From contig DAOUBB010000023.1 in assembly GCA_034432955.1 (NCBI GenBank), forward strand, positions 1 through 39,176: 39,176 bases of DNA, given 5' to 3'. The position numbers were made by a program, and so were the translations under genes. Below the pieces are notes generated by a model that worked only from the letters and a program-made list of their open reading frames with translations, was not told the DNA's origin and searched no databases. Source of the stretch: Anaerolineae bacterium (GTDB lineage: Bacteria > Chloroflexota > Anaerolineae > DUEN01). Positions 20,036 to 29,414 of this stretch are shown here, piece by piece (the first letter of the stretch is position 1; each line of letters opens with the position of its first letter).

Positions 20036-20437
20036 CTAAGCCTGGGCCTCATCGCCCCAAGTCAGAAATTTCGTGGGGGTGATCTTCAGCAGCAGCGTGT
20101 ACGTCGGATCCGTGCGAATATCCCAGTCGTACTTGCGCAAAAAGAGATCAGCTACCTGCTCGCGCTCGTCGCCCATAGCCGGGCTCGCGATGCCCTCGAT
20201 GATCACCACGTTTCGGCCGTCCTCCAGAGACACGGCCACCTGGGGGTTCTTCGCCAGGTTGCGCGCCTTGCGGCTGGCAGAGCTGATGCAGATAAAGATA
20301 TACCCTGCGTCCCACACGAACCACACCGGCGACAGGTGCGGTGCCCCGTTGGGCCGCACGCTGGCAACCCAAATGATCTCCGCCTCTTGCAGCCGGCGGC
20401 TGACGCGCTCTGTTGGCTGTGTTCCTCCTTGACTCAT
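20036..20437 (-). CDS. Pyridoxamine 5'-phosphate oxidase-like FMN/F420-binding split-barrel protein.
   Basis: 133 aa with a PNPOx-like fold pattern (WVASVRPNGAPHLSPVWFVWD...). Stop is 20 nt upstream of the clpC start on the same strand. Confidence 0.6.
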   Translation of the reverse strand: MSQGGTQPTERVSRRLQEAEIIWVASVRPNGAPHLSPVWFVWDAGYIFICISSASRKARNLAKNPQVAVSLEDGRNVVIIEGIASPAMGDEREQVADLFLRKYDWDIRTDPTYTLLLKITPTKFLTWGDEAQA

Positions 20438-20554
20438 ACCCCTCCGTTTGTTAAAACTAGCACAGATGCCATCTGGGCCTCGTGGGCACCCCTACAATCT
20501 AACACAACGCTAACAGATCACGCCCTTGCCATCCCTATGCCTACCCCCACGGTG

Positions 20555-21634
20555 TCAGTCCAGGACGAGGTTCCCAAAGGTCGTCGGCACCCCTGGACGA
20601 AAGTTGGGAGATCCGGTCAGCATGGTGTCCTGCCCGGCAGACCCCGGTTGATCATTGTCCAGCAGTTGGACGGAAAACCCGAACGCGCTCCCGACCGTCG
20701 GCTGGCGATGGAGCACCGACCAGGGGATCGCCGCCTCCAGCGAGTATCCGTCGCTGCGCTGGCGCGCGGCGACGATGATCGCCTGGTCCCAATCCGCGCG
20801 CCGCTGTGGCCTCCACACGACCGCCTCCGGTGGCAGTGCGGCGAAATCGCCGGGGGAAAGGCCGATCTGGTAATCGTCCTCGTTGGCTACTGCTGTGTCA
20901 AAGTCCTCGGCCAGGGCGGCGTCTAGCCAGACGATCAGGCCATCTCCCCACTCCATGCGGTCGCCCCGTTGCGTCTGGACGTGGACATCGTCCAACACGC
21001 GCGCCGCCAGGTACAGATAACGCTCATCCCATTGGGCATACACGGTGCCGGCGAGATCGGCCATCCCTCCATAGGCCTCCGCTCCACTCAGGATATAGCT
21101 CATATCCTGCCCGGCTATGCCGTCCCACTCGCCCAGTTCGCCGTCGAGGCGCAGCGGTATCGTCAGATGGCGCGCGTACAAGTCCGCCCCGTTGCCCTCG
21201 CGATAGGGGCCGGCGTAGGGTGCCGGCGTAGGGGTCGTCGTGTCTGTGGGAGTGGGGCTGGGTGTCGAGGTCATGGTGGGCGATGGCGTGTCCGTCGGAG
21301 TGCTGGTCGGCACAGCAGTGTCGGTGGGCGTTGCCGTAGGGCTTTCCGGCGTCGGCGTAGGCAGCACGGCGACCACGATCAGGGTAGGAGTTGGCGAGTC
21401 CGTCGGCACGGGTGACGGCCGTCTGGCAGCCGGGGTGAAGGCGAGCCGGGTGAGCGCCCGCGTGGGTGAAAGGCCGCTCTGTCGCGTCAGAGGCCCGGAG
21501 GGAGCCTGCACGGAGGGGACGCGCCGCTGCAAAATGCCTAGCGTTGAGCTCGCGATCAGCCCCGCAACGACGCATAACGCCAGCGCCAGCACAAAGCCGA
21601 ACAGCAAAGGGATTCGGCTGCCGTCACCGCCCAT
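20555..21634 (-). CDS. Membrane-anchored protein with a PT-rich linker and a C-terminal CBM9-like/DOMON-like carbohydrate-binding domain.
   Basis: N-terminal TM segment, a ~90-aa Pro/Thr/Ser linker, and CBM9-like motifs (DGELGEWDG, WDERYLYLAARVLDD, YSLEAAIPW, FGFSVQLLDND). Starts 26 nt downstream of the eRF1-like gene. Confidence 0.6.
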   Translation of the reverse strand: MGGDGSRIPLLFGFVLALALCVVAGLIASSTLGILQRRVPSVQAPSGPLTRQSGLSPTRALTRLAFTPAARRPSPVPTDSPTPTLIVVAVLPTPTPESPTATPTDTAVPTSTPTDTPSPTMTSTPSPTPTDTTTPTPAPYAGPYREGNGADLYARHLTIPLRLDGELGEWDGIAGQDMSYILSGAEAYGGMADLAGTVYAQWDERYLYLAARVLDDVHVQTQRGDRMEWGDGLIVWLDAALAEDFDTAVANEDDYQIGLSPGDFAALPPEAVVWRPQRRADWDQAIIVAARQRSDGYSLEAAIPWSVLHRQPTVGSAFGFSVQLLDNDQPGSAGQDTMLTGSPNFRPGVPTTFGNLVLD

Positions 21635-21660
21635 CCGCTCGTTGTCTCCTTGGGCCCTCC

Positions 21661-22740
21661 TCAGTAGCGCAGGAGGGCCCCGATGTGCCCTGCTCGCTGC
21701 AAGGCTTCACTCCCGCCCACGATCGTGACATCCAGCCCCTGCTGGATCGCGTGATGGATCAGATGGTCCACGGCATCGGGCAGGTAGGCCATATCACCAC
21801 CACAGAAGGAGCATCGCTCGACTGGCTCGACGGTCATATAGCCGCACCCCCGGCAGAGATAGGCCGGAGCACGGTACCCCTGTTCGACGACAAGGCGGCG
21901 CAACCGGCCTTCATGAAGCGCCCCGAGCGTGTCGGCCAATCCGATCACCGCAGCCCTTCCCTTGGCCGCAGTGGTGATCATATCGTTCACCAGCGCGGAT
22001 TCGCTCTGAGCTAAATAGGTCTGCACCACCTCCAGCGCCCGCTCGTTCACCTCAGCCGGCGAAGCGTCTTTATCCACGCTGATGCGGCCGATCACCCGTT
22101 CACGCAGCGCTGACGGGAGCAGCTCTTCAAACAGGGCCACATTGGTCTCCGTTCCGCCCAGGATCAGGCGATCGCATTTGTGTTGCCGGCAGAAGGCCTC
22201 GGTCAGCTCGGCTGCCTCGCGCAGGTTGCGCTGAGCCGTCACGTCCTCGTGCCGCTGGTAACGCTGTGCCGCCCAACCGCCGGCCCGATGGCGCTTCACA
22301 TCCTCGCCCGAGATCTCGGTGGCCTCTTGCAATGCCCCCATGTAGAAGACGAAAAGACGGGCTCCCCCACGGTTGACGAGCGCGACCGCGTATCGCTCCA
22401 TGATGTCGGTCAACGGCTTGACGTAGGGCCGATCGCCCACAAAAGCCAGATCCTCGCGGGGGAGCAGGAGAGGGAACGCTCGCCAGAAGCCCGCGGCCTC
22501 ACAACTGAAGCAGGCTACGGCCCTTCCCTGCCAGTTATATTCCAGGTCAATATAGCGTTCCACTCGTGCCAGATCCCGCGAATCCGCCTGAGCGGATACG
22601 CTTTCCAGCAGCCGGCGCAAAGCCAGCTTGTACTTCTCGCGCGTTCGTCGGTGCGGATCTACATTCAGATAGAGACTTAAGACGGAAGCCCCATCTACCC
22701 GAAAGTTGACCAATTCCTGAATCGCCCGTTCGTCAATCAT
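21661..22740 (-). CDS. Full-length eRF1/aRF1/Pelota-superfamily protein (bacterial eRF1-like, baeRF-type) with the catalytic loop reading GGW instead of GGQ, and a C-terminal CxxC...CxxC zinc ribbon.
   Basis: KRHRAGGWAAQRYQRH aligns to eRF1 KKHGRGGQSALRFARL. The C-terminal ...AGHIGALLRY aligns to eRF1 ...FGGIGGILRY. Start at MIDER (ATG 22740) with a GAGGAGG RBS; the longer ORF to 23058 is read-through across the intergenic repeat. Confidence 0.65.
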   Translation of the reverse strand: MIDERAIQELVNFRVDGASVLSLYLNVDPHRRTREKYKLALRRLLESVSAQADSRDLARVERYIDLEYNWQGRAVACFSCEAAGFWRAFPLLLPREDLAFVGDRPYVKPLTDIMERYAVALVNRGGARLFVFYMGALQEATEISGEDVKRHRAGGWAAQRYQRHEDVTAQRNLREAAELTEAFCRQHKCDRLILGGTETNVALFEELLPSALRERVIGRISVDKDASPAEVNERALEVVQTYLAQSESALVNDMITTAAKGRAAVIGLADTLGALHEGRLRRLVVEQGYRAPAYLCRGCGYMTVEPVERCSFCGGDMAYLPDAVDHLIHHAIQQGLDVTIVGGSEALQRAGHIGALLRY

Positions 22741-22935
22741 GCTACCTCCTCGTTCAAACGGCGCCGAAATGAGTGCCAGGATGCGGGGACCCGGCGCTTG
22801 AGGCTTACAGTTCGGCAGTGTAGGCGGCAGACACACGACCAGGGCAACAGGATCAAAATCGGCTGATGGGCAGTGCGGCCAGGCTCCGCTACCGTTACCT
22901 GGCGACTGGAAGTCACGGCAACGCCTGCCAAGCCT

Positions 22936-23036
22936 GCCTCCGCAGGCTAAATCCAGTTGCCGTAGGGCGACTTCGCTGACGTTGCCCGCAGTTTCTAACG
23001 GCTGGGCCTCCAGCAACACCCAAGGGGGAGACCACC
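22936..23036 (+). repeat. Copy 2 of the ~101-bp direct repeat, intergenic between rluA (stop 23089) and the eRF1-like gene (start 22740). It is antisense to both genes.
   Basis: 99/101 identical to 1-101. A GCCTGC-ctcc-GCAGGC hairpin at 22932-22947 overlaps its 5' end. Confidence 0.9.
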
Positions 23037-23088
23037 GATCCATGAGACACCCTGCCAATAGGCGTATACGACGCCCGATCCAAGCTTG

Positions 23089-23754
23089 CTACCCTCTGCG
23101 CGCGGCCTCCACGACGACCTGAAAGGATTCGGGAACGGGCGCCTCAACGGTTACCCTCCTGCCGGGTGGAAGCGTAAACTCGATCCGTTGGGCGTGCAAC
23201 ATCAAACGCGGATGCTGACGCTGAAGCGCCCGGTTGCCATAGCGCAGATCACCTACGATAGGATGCCCAATGCTGTAAAAGTGTGCCCGAATCTGGTGTC
23301 GCCGTCCGGTCCGCGGGTGTACCTCCACAAGCGTGTGCCCAGCGAACCGTTCGAGCACGCGGAATTCGGTGATGCTGGGCTTGCCTCGCTGAAAATCCAC
23401 ACCGATGCGCCCCGATCCAAACTCACGCAGGGGCCTGTCAATGACCCCGGCGCTGTCCGTGATGACGCCGTGCGTGAGCGCCACGTATGTCTTCTGGACG
23501 CTTCGGTTGCTGAACTGCTCGGACAGAAGGCGATGGGCCATTGCGTTTCTGGCAAACAGGATTACACCGCTGGCCTCTTTGTCAAGGCGATGGACCACAT
23601 AGAGCTTTTCCGGGAACATGGACGAGAGCAGCGAAAGCAGACAATCCTGCGCTCCCGGCTCTGGGATCGAGGGAAGGCCTTCTGGTTTGTGAACCACAAT
23701 CACATGTTCATCCGCAAAGAGGACCGAGATCACCGACCGCTTCCCTGCTCCCAT
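23089..23754 (-). CDS. rluA: RluA-family pseudouridine synthase.
   Basis: Catalytic HRLD motif (VVHRLDKEASG) and RluA core blocks. Its start overlaps the lhr stop. Confidence 0.8.
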   Translation of the reverse strand: MGAGKRSVISVLFADEHVIVVHKPEGLPSIPEPGAQDCLLSLLSSMFPEKLYVVHRLDKEASGVILFARNAMAHRLLSEQFSNRSVQKTYVALTHGVITDSAGVIDRPLREFGSGRIGVDFQRGKPSITEFRVLERFAGHTLVEVHPRTGRRHQIRAHFYSIGHPIVGDLRYGNRALQRQHPRLMLHAQRIEFTLPPGRRVTVEAPVPESFQVVVEAARRG

Positions 23755-26700
23755 TATACCACATCACGGGTCATGGATCCTGGCGTCATGGTCTTCCCCT
23801 CCCACGTCATCCCTGGCGGGTCGCGATAGAAGCCGAGCGATTCGAGGAGCGCCTGCCCACGGCTTCCCAGCACCGGCTCGCCGTTCCACCGTTCCACATG
23901 CACGCGCCGGGCGATCGTCCCGATCTCGCCGCGCGCCGCCAGGTGTGCCAGCAATGCCTCCAGACAGCGCCGGATGACGCGCTCCGTCAGCGCCATGTCC
24001 GCCCGCAGCGAGCGCCCTTCGCCCTGGGAGAGCAGAACCGGCTGGCCCCGCCATAGCACCACATGCGTGGATGGCAGCCGGGCGAACGCCCCCACGCCCG
24101 ACCGCAGCTCTGCCGCGTCCTCGCCCTCCGGCACGTCCAGCCGCGCCGACCCGAAGAGGTTGGCCGGGTCGCACGCGCTCATCACGACAGGGACCGCCGC
24201 TTCGTCGCCGGCGGATCGCAGTTGCTCCACGGCCTCGGGCAGCGCGAACTGCGCACCGGACAGCCCGGCCACGAAGTAGCCGCGCCGCACCTCACCGCGC
24301 ATTTCCATCAATTGCCAGCGCGCGTATAGCGCTTCCCATCTCCAGCTCGTGCCTTCAGTCTGCACCAGATCGCGCGTGACCACGCCCCAACGCAGCAACA
24401 ACTGCCGTGCCTGCCGTTCCGCCCGCTCCTCCGCCGAGATAGGCTTCCCCATCACCCGGATCCGGTGCACCGGCGACCAACGCCCGGCCCACCTCGGTGG
24501 GGGAGGCTTCGGCTCATAGCCCAGCCGGCGGGCAACCCGGCGCCTGGCATCCCGGTAGACGACGGGGCTGGGGCGAGAGAGCACCGGACGGCGTTGCGCG
24601 CGCCAGGCCGCCAGCTCAGCCTCCAGCGCGCTCAACGGCCGGCGCGGGGCGCTCTCCTCCGGCTCGCGCGCCAGGATAGTCCGCAGCGCCTCCATGCTGT
24701 CATTGGTGACCAGGCCGGCCATCGTCAGGGCGAGCAGCGCCTCCTCGACCTGAGCACCCGTCAGCCCCAGGGATTCCTCCAGATCGGCTGTGAAACAGGC
24801 CCCCTCCGCTCGCAGGAAAGCCAGAACCCGGCGAGCGAGCTCATCCAAGCCGGCCGGATCGCCCTCTGACTCCGGCAGGAAGGCGCTTCCCTCGCCGCGG
24901 AAGAGAAAGCGCACGCGCGCCCGTCTGGGATCGGCTTCACCCGTGACGACCCAGATCAGCTCGCCGCTCTGGCACAGCGCGTCCAGCTCGCCCGGGTCAT
25001 ACCGGGTCAGCCGTAGCGGCAACACATCTAGCTCCCAAGCCATGCCCATGATCGGCAAGGCTCGCAGTTGCTGCAGGACGCGCGCCAGCCCCTCGGGGCC
25101 GAAAAGCCGATGGCTTGGGTGCAGGTGTTGCCAGCGGGTCAGGAAGTCGGCGAAGGCGTACAGGGAGACCGGCTGAACCTCCCGGCGTAAGAGGGTGAGG
25201 GTGCGGCGGTGGATACCAACCAGGTTGTCCGCATCGAGGAACTGGATTTCGGATGGCCGACCGCTGGCCAGCTCGCCGACCCGCTGACTCGCCGACTCGC
25301 CGAGGGTAGCCGGAGCAGCAAAATGCCCCTGCACGATCTCTTTGCGGGCGAGCATGTCGGCCAGCGTCGCGTCCAGCCAGGCGGAGGGAAAAGCGTAACG
25401 GGCCAGGATGGCTTCTCGGGTGAGCGGGCCGCTGTGGCGCAAGAAATCGCTCAGGATGCGCCGACGGGCTTGCTCGGCGGGCCAGCGCTCCGTCAGCAGG
25501 GCTTCGGGCGCCGGTGCCGGTGGCATCTCCGGCAGGCCGAAAGCGTCCCGGTAGCGCGGGTACGCCTCGCTGGCGATCCAGCGCCGGGCTCGCCCGGCGC
25601 CGGCAGGGATGTCAACCTCCATCACACGGCCCTGGGCAGCCAGATCTTCCAGCCACTGCTCCCATCCTGGCCGCGACCGCTCCGCGATCTCCGCTTCGCT
25701 CAGATCTCCCATCTCCAGTAGCAATAAGGCCAGCTCATCGGCCGAGCGCGCCCGGAACGCCGGGTCGGTGCGTTGGGCGCGAGCGGTCACCTCGGCGATG
25801 GCCTCCGGCCGCAGCAGCCGCGCCAACTCGGGGTTGCCCATCAGATCGGCCAGCAGCTCACGGCTGACCGCTAACCGCTGCAGCTCTCGCTCGGCCTTGG
25901 GCGCGTCCCACTCGTACAGGTAGATGTTCATGAAGTCGAAGAGCAGGCTGGCCGCCACGGGCGAAGGGACGGCCGTCTCGGCGGTGATCAGCCGGATGCG
26001 CCCGGCCTGGATCTCGCCCAGCACCTCCTCCAGCCCGGCCAGATCCATGACGTCGCTCAGGCAGTCACGATACGTCTCGGCGACGATGGGGAAGTCGTGA
26101 AACTGGCGCACCGCGGCGAGCAAGTCTCTGGCCTTCAGCCGTTGCAGCCAGAACGGCGTGCGTTTCCCGCCCGATGTGGGGAGGAGCAAAGCCCGCGCCG
26201 CGTTCTGACGGAACTGCGCGCCGAACACGGCCGACTCGGGCAGCTCTCGCAGGATGCGCTCGCGGGCCTCAACGGGCGTCATCTCCCGGATCACGTCCAG
26301 CGGCGGCGGCTGATCGGCGCCGGGAAAGCGAAGGAGGATGCCGTCGTCGCTGACCTGCACCTCGACCTCTATGCCGGTTCGCTCCCGCAGCGCCGACGCC
26401 AGCGCCAGGCCCCACGGCCCATGCACCCGCCCACCGAATGGCGAATGGATGACGATGCGCGGCTCGCCGATGGCGTCCTCGAACGACTCGACGATGATCG
26501 TGCAGTCCGACGAGATGGCGCCCATCACGTCGAGCTGATGCCGCACATACGCGATCAGGTTGCGGGCCGAGTTGCGATCGAGGGCACATTCCCGTTCAAG
26601 CCAGGCGGCCACATCGGCATAGGCATCCAGCCAGTCACCGTCCTCAGCCCAGCCATCTGCCGTCGTCGGTCGTCGGTCGCCCGTGGTCAGCGGCTCGGAC

Positions 26701-28706
26701 GATGGACGAGGGACGAGGGACGACGCCGTAGCGATCCGCTCGCTGAGCTCGCGGCGGAACGCTCCCACCGCTCGCCCCAGGGCATAGGGCCGCCAGGGGA
26801 AATCGCCGCGCCAGAACGGCATGCGCGGCACCTCGCCCGCGGCATCGGCTACAATCACGCGGTCGTCGGTGATCTCCAGCACGCGCCAGGTGTGTGAGCC
26901 GAGCAGGAACACGTCCCCTGGGCGCGTCTCGAACACGAACTCCTCGTCCAGCTCGCCCAGCCGGGTGCGCCCATCGGGCAGATAGACGCCGTAGGTGCCG
27001 CGATCGGGGATCGTGCCGCCGTTGCGCAGGGCGAGCTGTCGGCTGCCGGGCAGCGCGCTCACCGTGTTGTGCACGCGATCCCAGGCCAGCCGCGGCCGCA
27101 GCTCGCGGTGTACGGTGGACGGATATCGCCCGGCGAGCATGTCCAGCGTCGCCTGGAACGCCTGCCACGAGAGGTCCCGGTACGGGTATGCCTGCCGCAC
27201 CAGCGCGTACAGGTCGTCCACCCGCCACGTCTCTACGGCCACCATCGCCACGATCTGCTGGGCCAGCACGTCGAGCGGGTTGCGGGGCGTGTAGACGGGC
27301 TCCACGTCGCCGCGCAACATGCCCCGGGCGACGGCGGCGGCCTCCATCAGGTCTTCGCGGTGAAGCGGGATGATGCGCCCAACAGACGTTTGCCCGACCA
27401 GGTGGCCGGATCGGCCCACGCGTTGCAGGCCCTGAGACACGCTCTTGGGGCTGCCCAGTTGCACCACCAGATCAACGGAGCCGATGTCAATGCCCAACTC
27501 CAGCGAGGAGGTGCCCACCAGCGCCGGCAGCTCGCCGCGCTTGAGCTGCTCTTCCATCTGCCGGCGGGCCTCGCGAGACATGGAGCCATGGTGGGCGCGG
27601 ATGGGGCCGCTGGCGCCCACGGTGAAGATGCCGCGGCCGGGGGCGATCTCGCCACCTTTGGGATTGGGCAGGAGCATGGCGCTGGTGCCGGGAGGCACGC
27701 GGCCCTCGGCTTCGGCCGCCAGTTGCTCATTAAGGCGATCGGCAGTGCGCTCCGCCTGGCGGCGGCTGTTGCAGAAGATGAGCGTGGTGCGGTGCTGGCG
27801 AATGAGCTGAACCAGATGGGGGATGACGGACGGCCAGATTGAGTCGCCAGGGAGCCGGCTGAAATCCTCCACCACGGTTTGCACCTGCAGATCGAGCCCC
27901 TTTTGGTGGATGGCGTTCACGATGGTGACCGGGCGAGGCATTGGTGAGCCGTCGGACCTTACCCCATCCCCCATCCCCCTCCGTGCAGGGGGCGAGGTGA
28001 GGGTCTGCCCCCCCAGAAAGGCCGCCGCCTCCTCCAGCGGGCGGATCGTGGCGGAGAGGCCGATCCGCTGCACTGGAGCCCCAGCCAGCCGCTCCAGTCG
28101 CTCGAGGGAGAGGGCCAGATGCGCGCCGCGCTTGCTGCCCACCAGCGTGTGGATCTCGTCCACGATCACCGTGCGCACGTCGCGGAACATCGCCCTCGCC
28201 ATCGGGCTGGTGAGGAGCAGATAGAGCGACTCGGGGGTAGTGATCAGGATGTGAGGCGGGCGACGCACCATAGCGGCGCGAGCCGAAGAGGGTGTGTCGC
28301 CGGTGCGCACCGCTACGTTCAATGGAGGGAGTGGCTCGCCCAGCTCATGGGCGGCGTGGCGAATGCCGGCCAGCGGCACGCGCAGGTTACGCTCGATATC
28401 GTTGTTCAGGGCTTTGAGCGGGGAAACATAGACCAGGCGTAACGCGCTCTGCCGCCTCTCTCCTTGTTGCCTTGTTGCCTCGTTGCCCCGTTTCCCCGCC
28501 GCCTTGCTGACTTCCCGAAAGATCGAGTCAATGCCCCACAGGAAGGCGGCCAACGTCTTGCCAGAGCCGGTGGGGGAGAGGATCAGGGTGTGCTCTCCAC
28601 GCTGGATCGGCGGCCAGCCGGCTATCTGCGGCGGCGTCGGCTTGCCGAAGGTGGAGATAAACCATTGTCGCGTAGCTGGCAGAAACAGCTCAAGCGGGTC
28701 CTCCAT
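23754..28706 (-). CDS. lhr: Lhr-type large DExH-box helicase (Lhr-core plus long C-terminal domain). Start chosen at MEDPLEL (28706, GGAGAGG RBS); the ORF-track start is 28739.
   Basis: SPTGSGKT Walker A, DEIH box (VDEIHTLVGSKRG) and an Lhr-like N-terminus (WFISTFGKPTPPQIAGWPPI). ~1650 aa. Confidence 0.8.
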   Translation of the reverse strand: MEDPLELFLPATRQWFISTFGKPTPPQIAGWPPIQRGEHTLILSPTGSGKTLAAFLWGIDSIFREVSKAAGKRGNEATRQQGERRQSALRLVYVSPLKALNNDIERNLRVPLAGIRHAAHELGEPLPPLNVAVRTGDTPSSARAAMVRRPPHILITTPESLYLLLTSPMARAMFRDVRTVIVDEIHTLVGSKRGAHLALSLERLERLAGAPVQRIGLSATIRPLEEAAAFLGGQTLTSPPARRGMGDGVRSDGSPMPRPVTIVNAIHQKGLDLQVQTVVEDFSRLPGDSIWPSVIPHLVQLIRQHRTTLIFCNSRRQAERTADRLNEQLAAEAEGRVPPGTSAMLLPNPKGGEIAPGRGIFTVGASGPIRAHHGSMSREARRQMEEQLKRGELPALVGTSSLELGIDIGSVDLVVQLGSPKSVSQGLQRVGRSGHLVGQTSVGRIIPLHREDLMEAAAVARGMLRGDVEPVYTPRNPLDVLAQQIVAMVAVETWRVDDLYALVRQAYPYRDLSWQAFQATLDMLAGRYPSTVHRELRPRLAWDRVHNTVSALPGSRQLALRNGGTIPDRGTYGVYLPDGRTRLGELDEEFVFETRPGDVFLLGSHTWRVLEITDDRVIVADAAGEVPRMPFWRGDFPWRPYALGRAVGAFRRELSERIATASSLVPRPSSEPLTTGDRRPTTADGWAEDGDWLDAYADVAAWLERECALDRNSARNLIAYVRHQLDVMGAISSDCTIIVESFEDAIGEPRIVIHSPFGGRVHGPWGLALASALRERTGIEVEVQVSDDGILLRFPGADQPPPLDVIREMTPVEARERILRELPESAVFGAQFRQNAARALLLPTSGGKRTPFWLQRLKARDLLAAVRQFHDFPIVAETYRDCLSDVMDLAGLEEVLGEIQAGRIRLITAETAVPSPVAASLLFDFMNIYLYEWDAPKAERELQRLAVSRELLADLMGNPELARLLRPEAIAEVTARAQRTDPAFRARSADELALLLLEMGDLSEAEIAERSRPGWEQWLEDLAAQGRVMEVDIPAGAGRARRWIASEAYPRYRDAFGLPEMPPAPAPEALLTERWPAEQARRRILSDFLRHSGPLTREAILARYAFPSAWLDATLADMLARKEIVQGHFAAPATLGESASQRVGELASGRPSEIQFLDADNLVGIHRRTLTLLRREVQPVSLYAFADFLTRWQHLHPSHRLFGPEGLARVLQQLRALPIMGMAWELDVLPLRLTRYDPGELDALCQSGELIWVVTGEADPRRARVRFLFRGEGSAFLPESEGDPAGLDELARRVLAFLRAEGACFTADLEESLGLTGAQVEEALLALTMAGLVTNDSMEALRTILAREPEESAPRRPLSALEAELAAWRAQRRPVLSRPSPVVYRDARRRVARRLGYEPKPPPPRWAGRWSPVHRIRVMGKPISAEERAERQARQLLLRWGVVTRDLVQTEGTSWRWEALYARWQLMEMRGEVRRGYFVAGLSGAQFALPEAVEQLRSAGDEAAVPVVMSACDPANLFGSARLDVPEGEDAAELRSGVGAFARLPSTHVVLWRGQPVLLSQGEGRSLRADMALTERVIRRCLEALLAHLAARGEIGTIARRVHVERWNGEPVLGSRGQALLESLGFYRDPPGMTWEGKTMTPGSMTRDVV

Positions 28707-28834
28707 GGTTGCCTCTCCGCCCTCTACCGGTAAGGGCATACGGATACACCGGACAGGGATCTGACGCGTGAGAGATCATAGCACAAATGTGCTGACTCGA
28801 CAAGTGCGGCAGGCCGGGATTCACAGCACCGCCT

Positions 28835-28863
28835 TTGGCGCAAGCCCATCCCCATGCTATAAT
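28835..28863 (+). promoter_or_regulatory. Sigma70 promoter TTGGCG-17-TATAAT upstream of moaC.
   Basis: Consensus -10 TATAAT at 28858-28863 and TTGGCG at 28835-28840. This leaves a ~60-nt leader to the ATG at 28929. Confidence 0.55.
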
Positions 28864-28928
28864 CCCGGTGCTCAGCCCAAGGGACATACACGAAGAGCGG
28901 ACAATCTTCGAGAGGAAGAATTCCACCG

Positions 28929-29414
28929 ATGACCCAGCTTACCCATTTGGACGAGCAGGGACGGGCTCGCATGGTGGACGTGGGAGCCAAACCCGATACG
29001 GAGCGCGAAGCGATCGCACGCGGCGAGGTGCGTATGCGTCCTGAAACGCTGCGTCTGATTCGTGAGGGCGATCTCCCCAAGGGCGATGTCCTGGGGACGG
29101 CGCGGGTCGCCGGCATCATGGCAGCCAAGCGCACCTCCGAGCTTATCCCTCTCTGCCACCCGCTCCTGCTCACGTACATCGGCGTGGATTTCACGTTGGA
29201 CGAAGAGATCGGCCGGGTGGTGATCACCGCGACCGTGCGCTGCCGCGGCCAGACCGGCGTCGAAATGGAGGCGCTCACGGCCGTCAGCATCGCCGCGCTC
29301 ACGATATATGACATGGCCAAGGCGGTGGAACGGGGCATGGTCATCGGCGAGATCCGGCTGGTGGAGAAACGTGGCGGCCAAAGTGGAGAGTGGAGATCGG
29401 AGCATGAAGATTGA
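28929..29414 (+). CDS. moaC: Cyclic pyranopterin monophosphate synthase MoaC.
   Basis: MoaC hallmark blocks ([36 protein letters not shown]). 161 aa. Confidence 0.9.
   Translation: MTQLTHLDEQGRARMVDVGAKPDTEREAIARGEVRMRPETLRLIREGDLPKGDVLGTARVAGIMAAKRTSELIPLCHPLLLTYIGVDFTLDEEIGRVVITATVRCRGQTGVEMEALTAVSIAALTIYDMAKAVERGMVIGEIRLVEKRGGQSGEWRSEHED

Noticed and set aside
21240-21420. Repetitive DNA resembling a tandem repeat array.
   Set aside because: It is the coding sequence of the Pro/Thr/Ser linker (TPTDTAVPTSTPTDTPSPT...) in the CBM9-like protein. It is a low-complexity coding region, not a non-coding repeat or CRISPR array.
22741-23058. N-terminal 106 codons of the 465-aa ORF 21661-23058, and the opposing ORF 23086-23829.
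   Set aside because: The 106 codons run across the intergenic 101-bp repeat. The internal ATG at 22740 has a strong GAGGAGG RBS and begins the eRF1-like homology. The opposing ORF is antisense to rluA.
28864-28928. Possible Moco riboswitch in the moaC leader.
   Set aside because: The leader is only ~60 nt. This is too short for the ~130-nt Moco motif and lacks its conserved stems.
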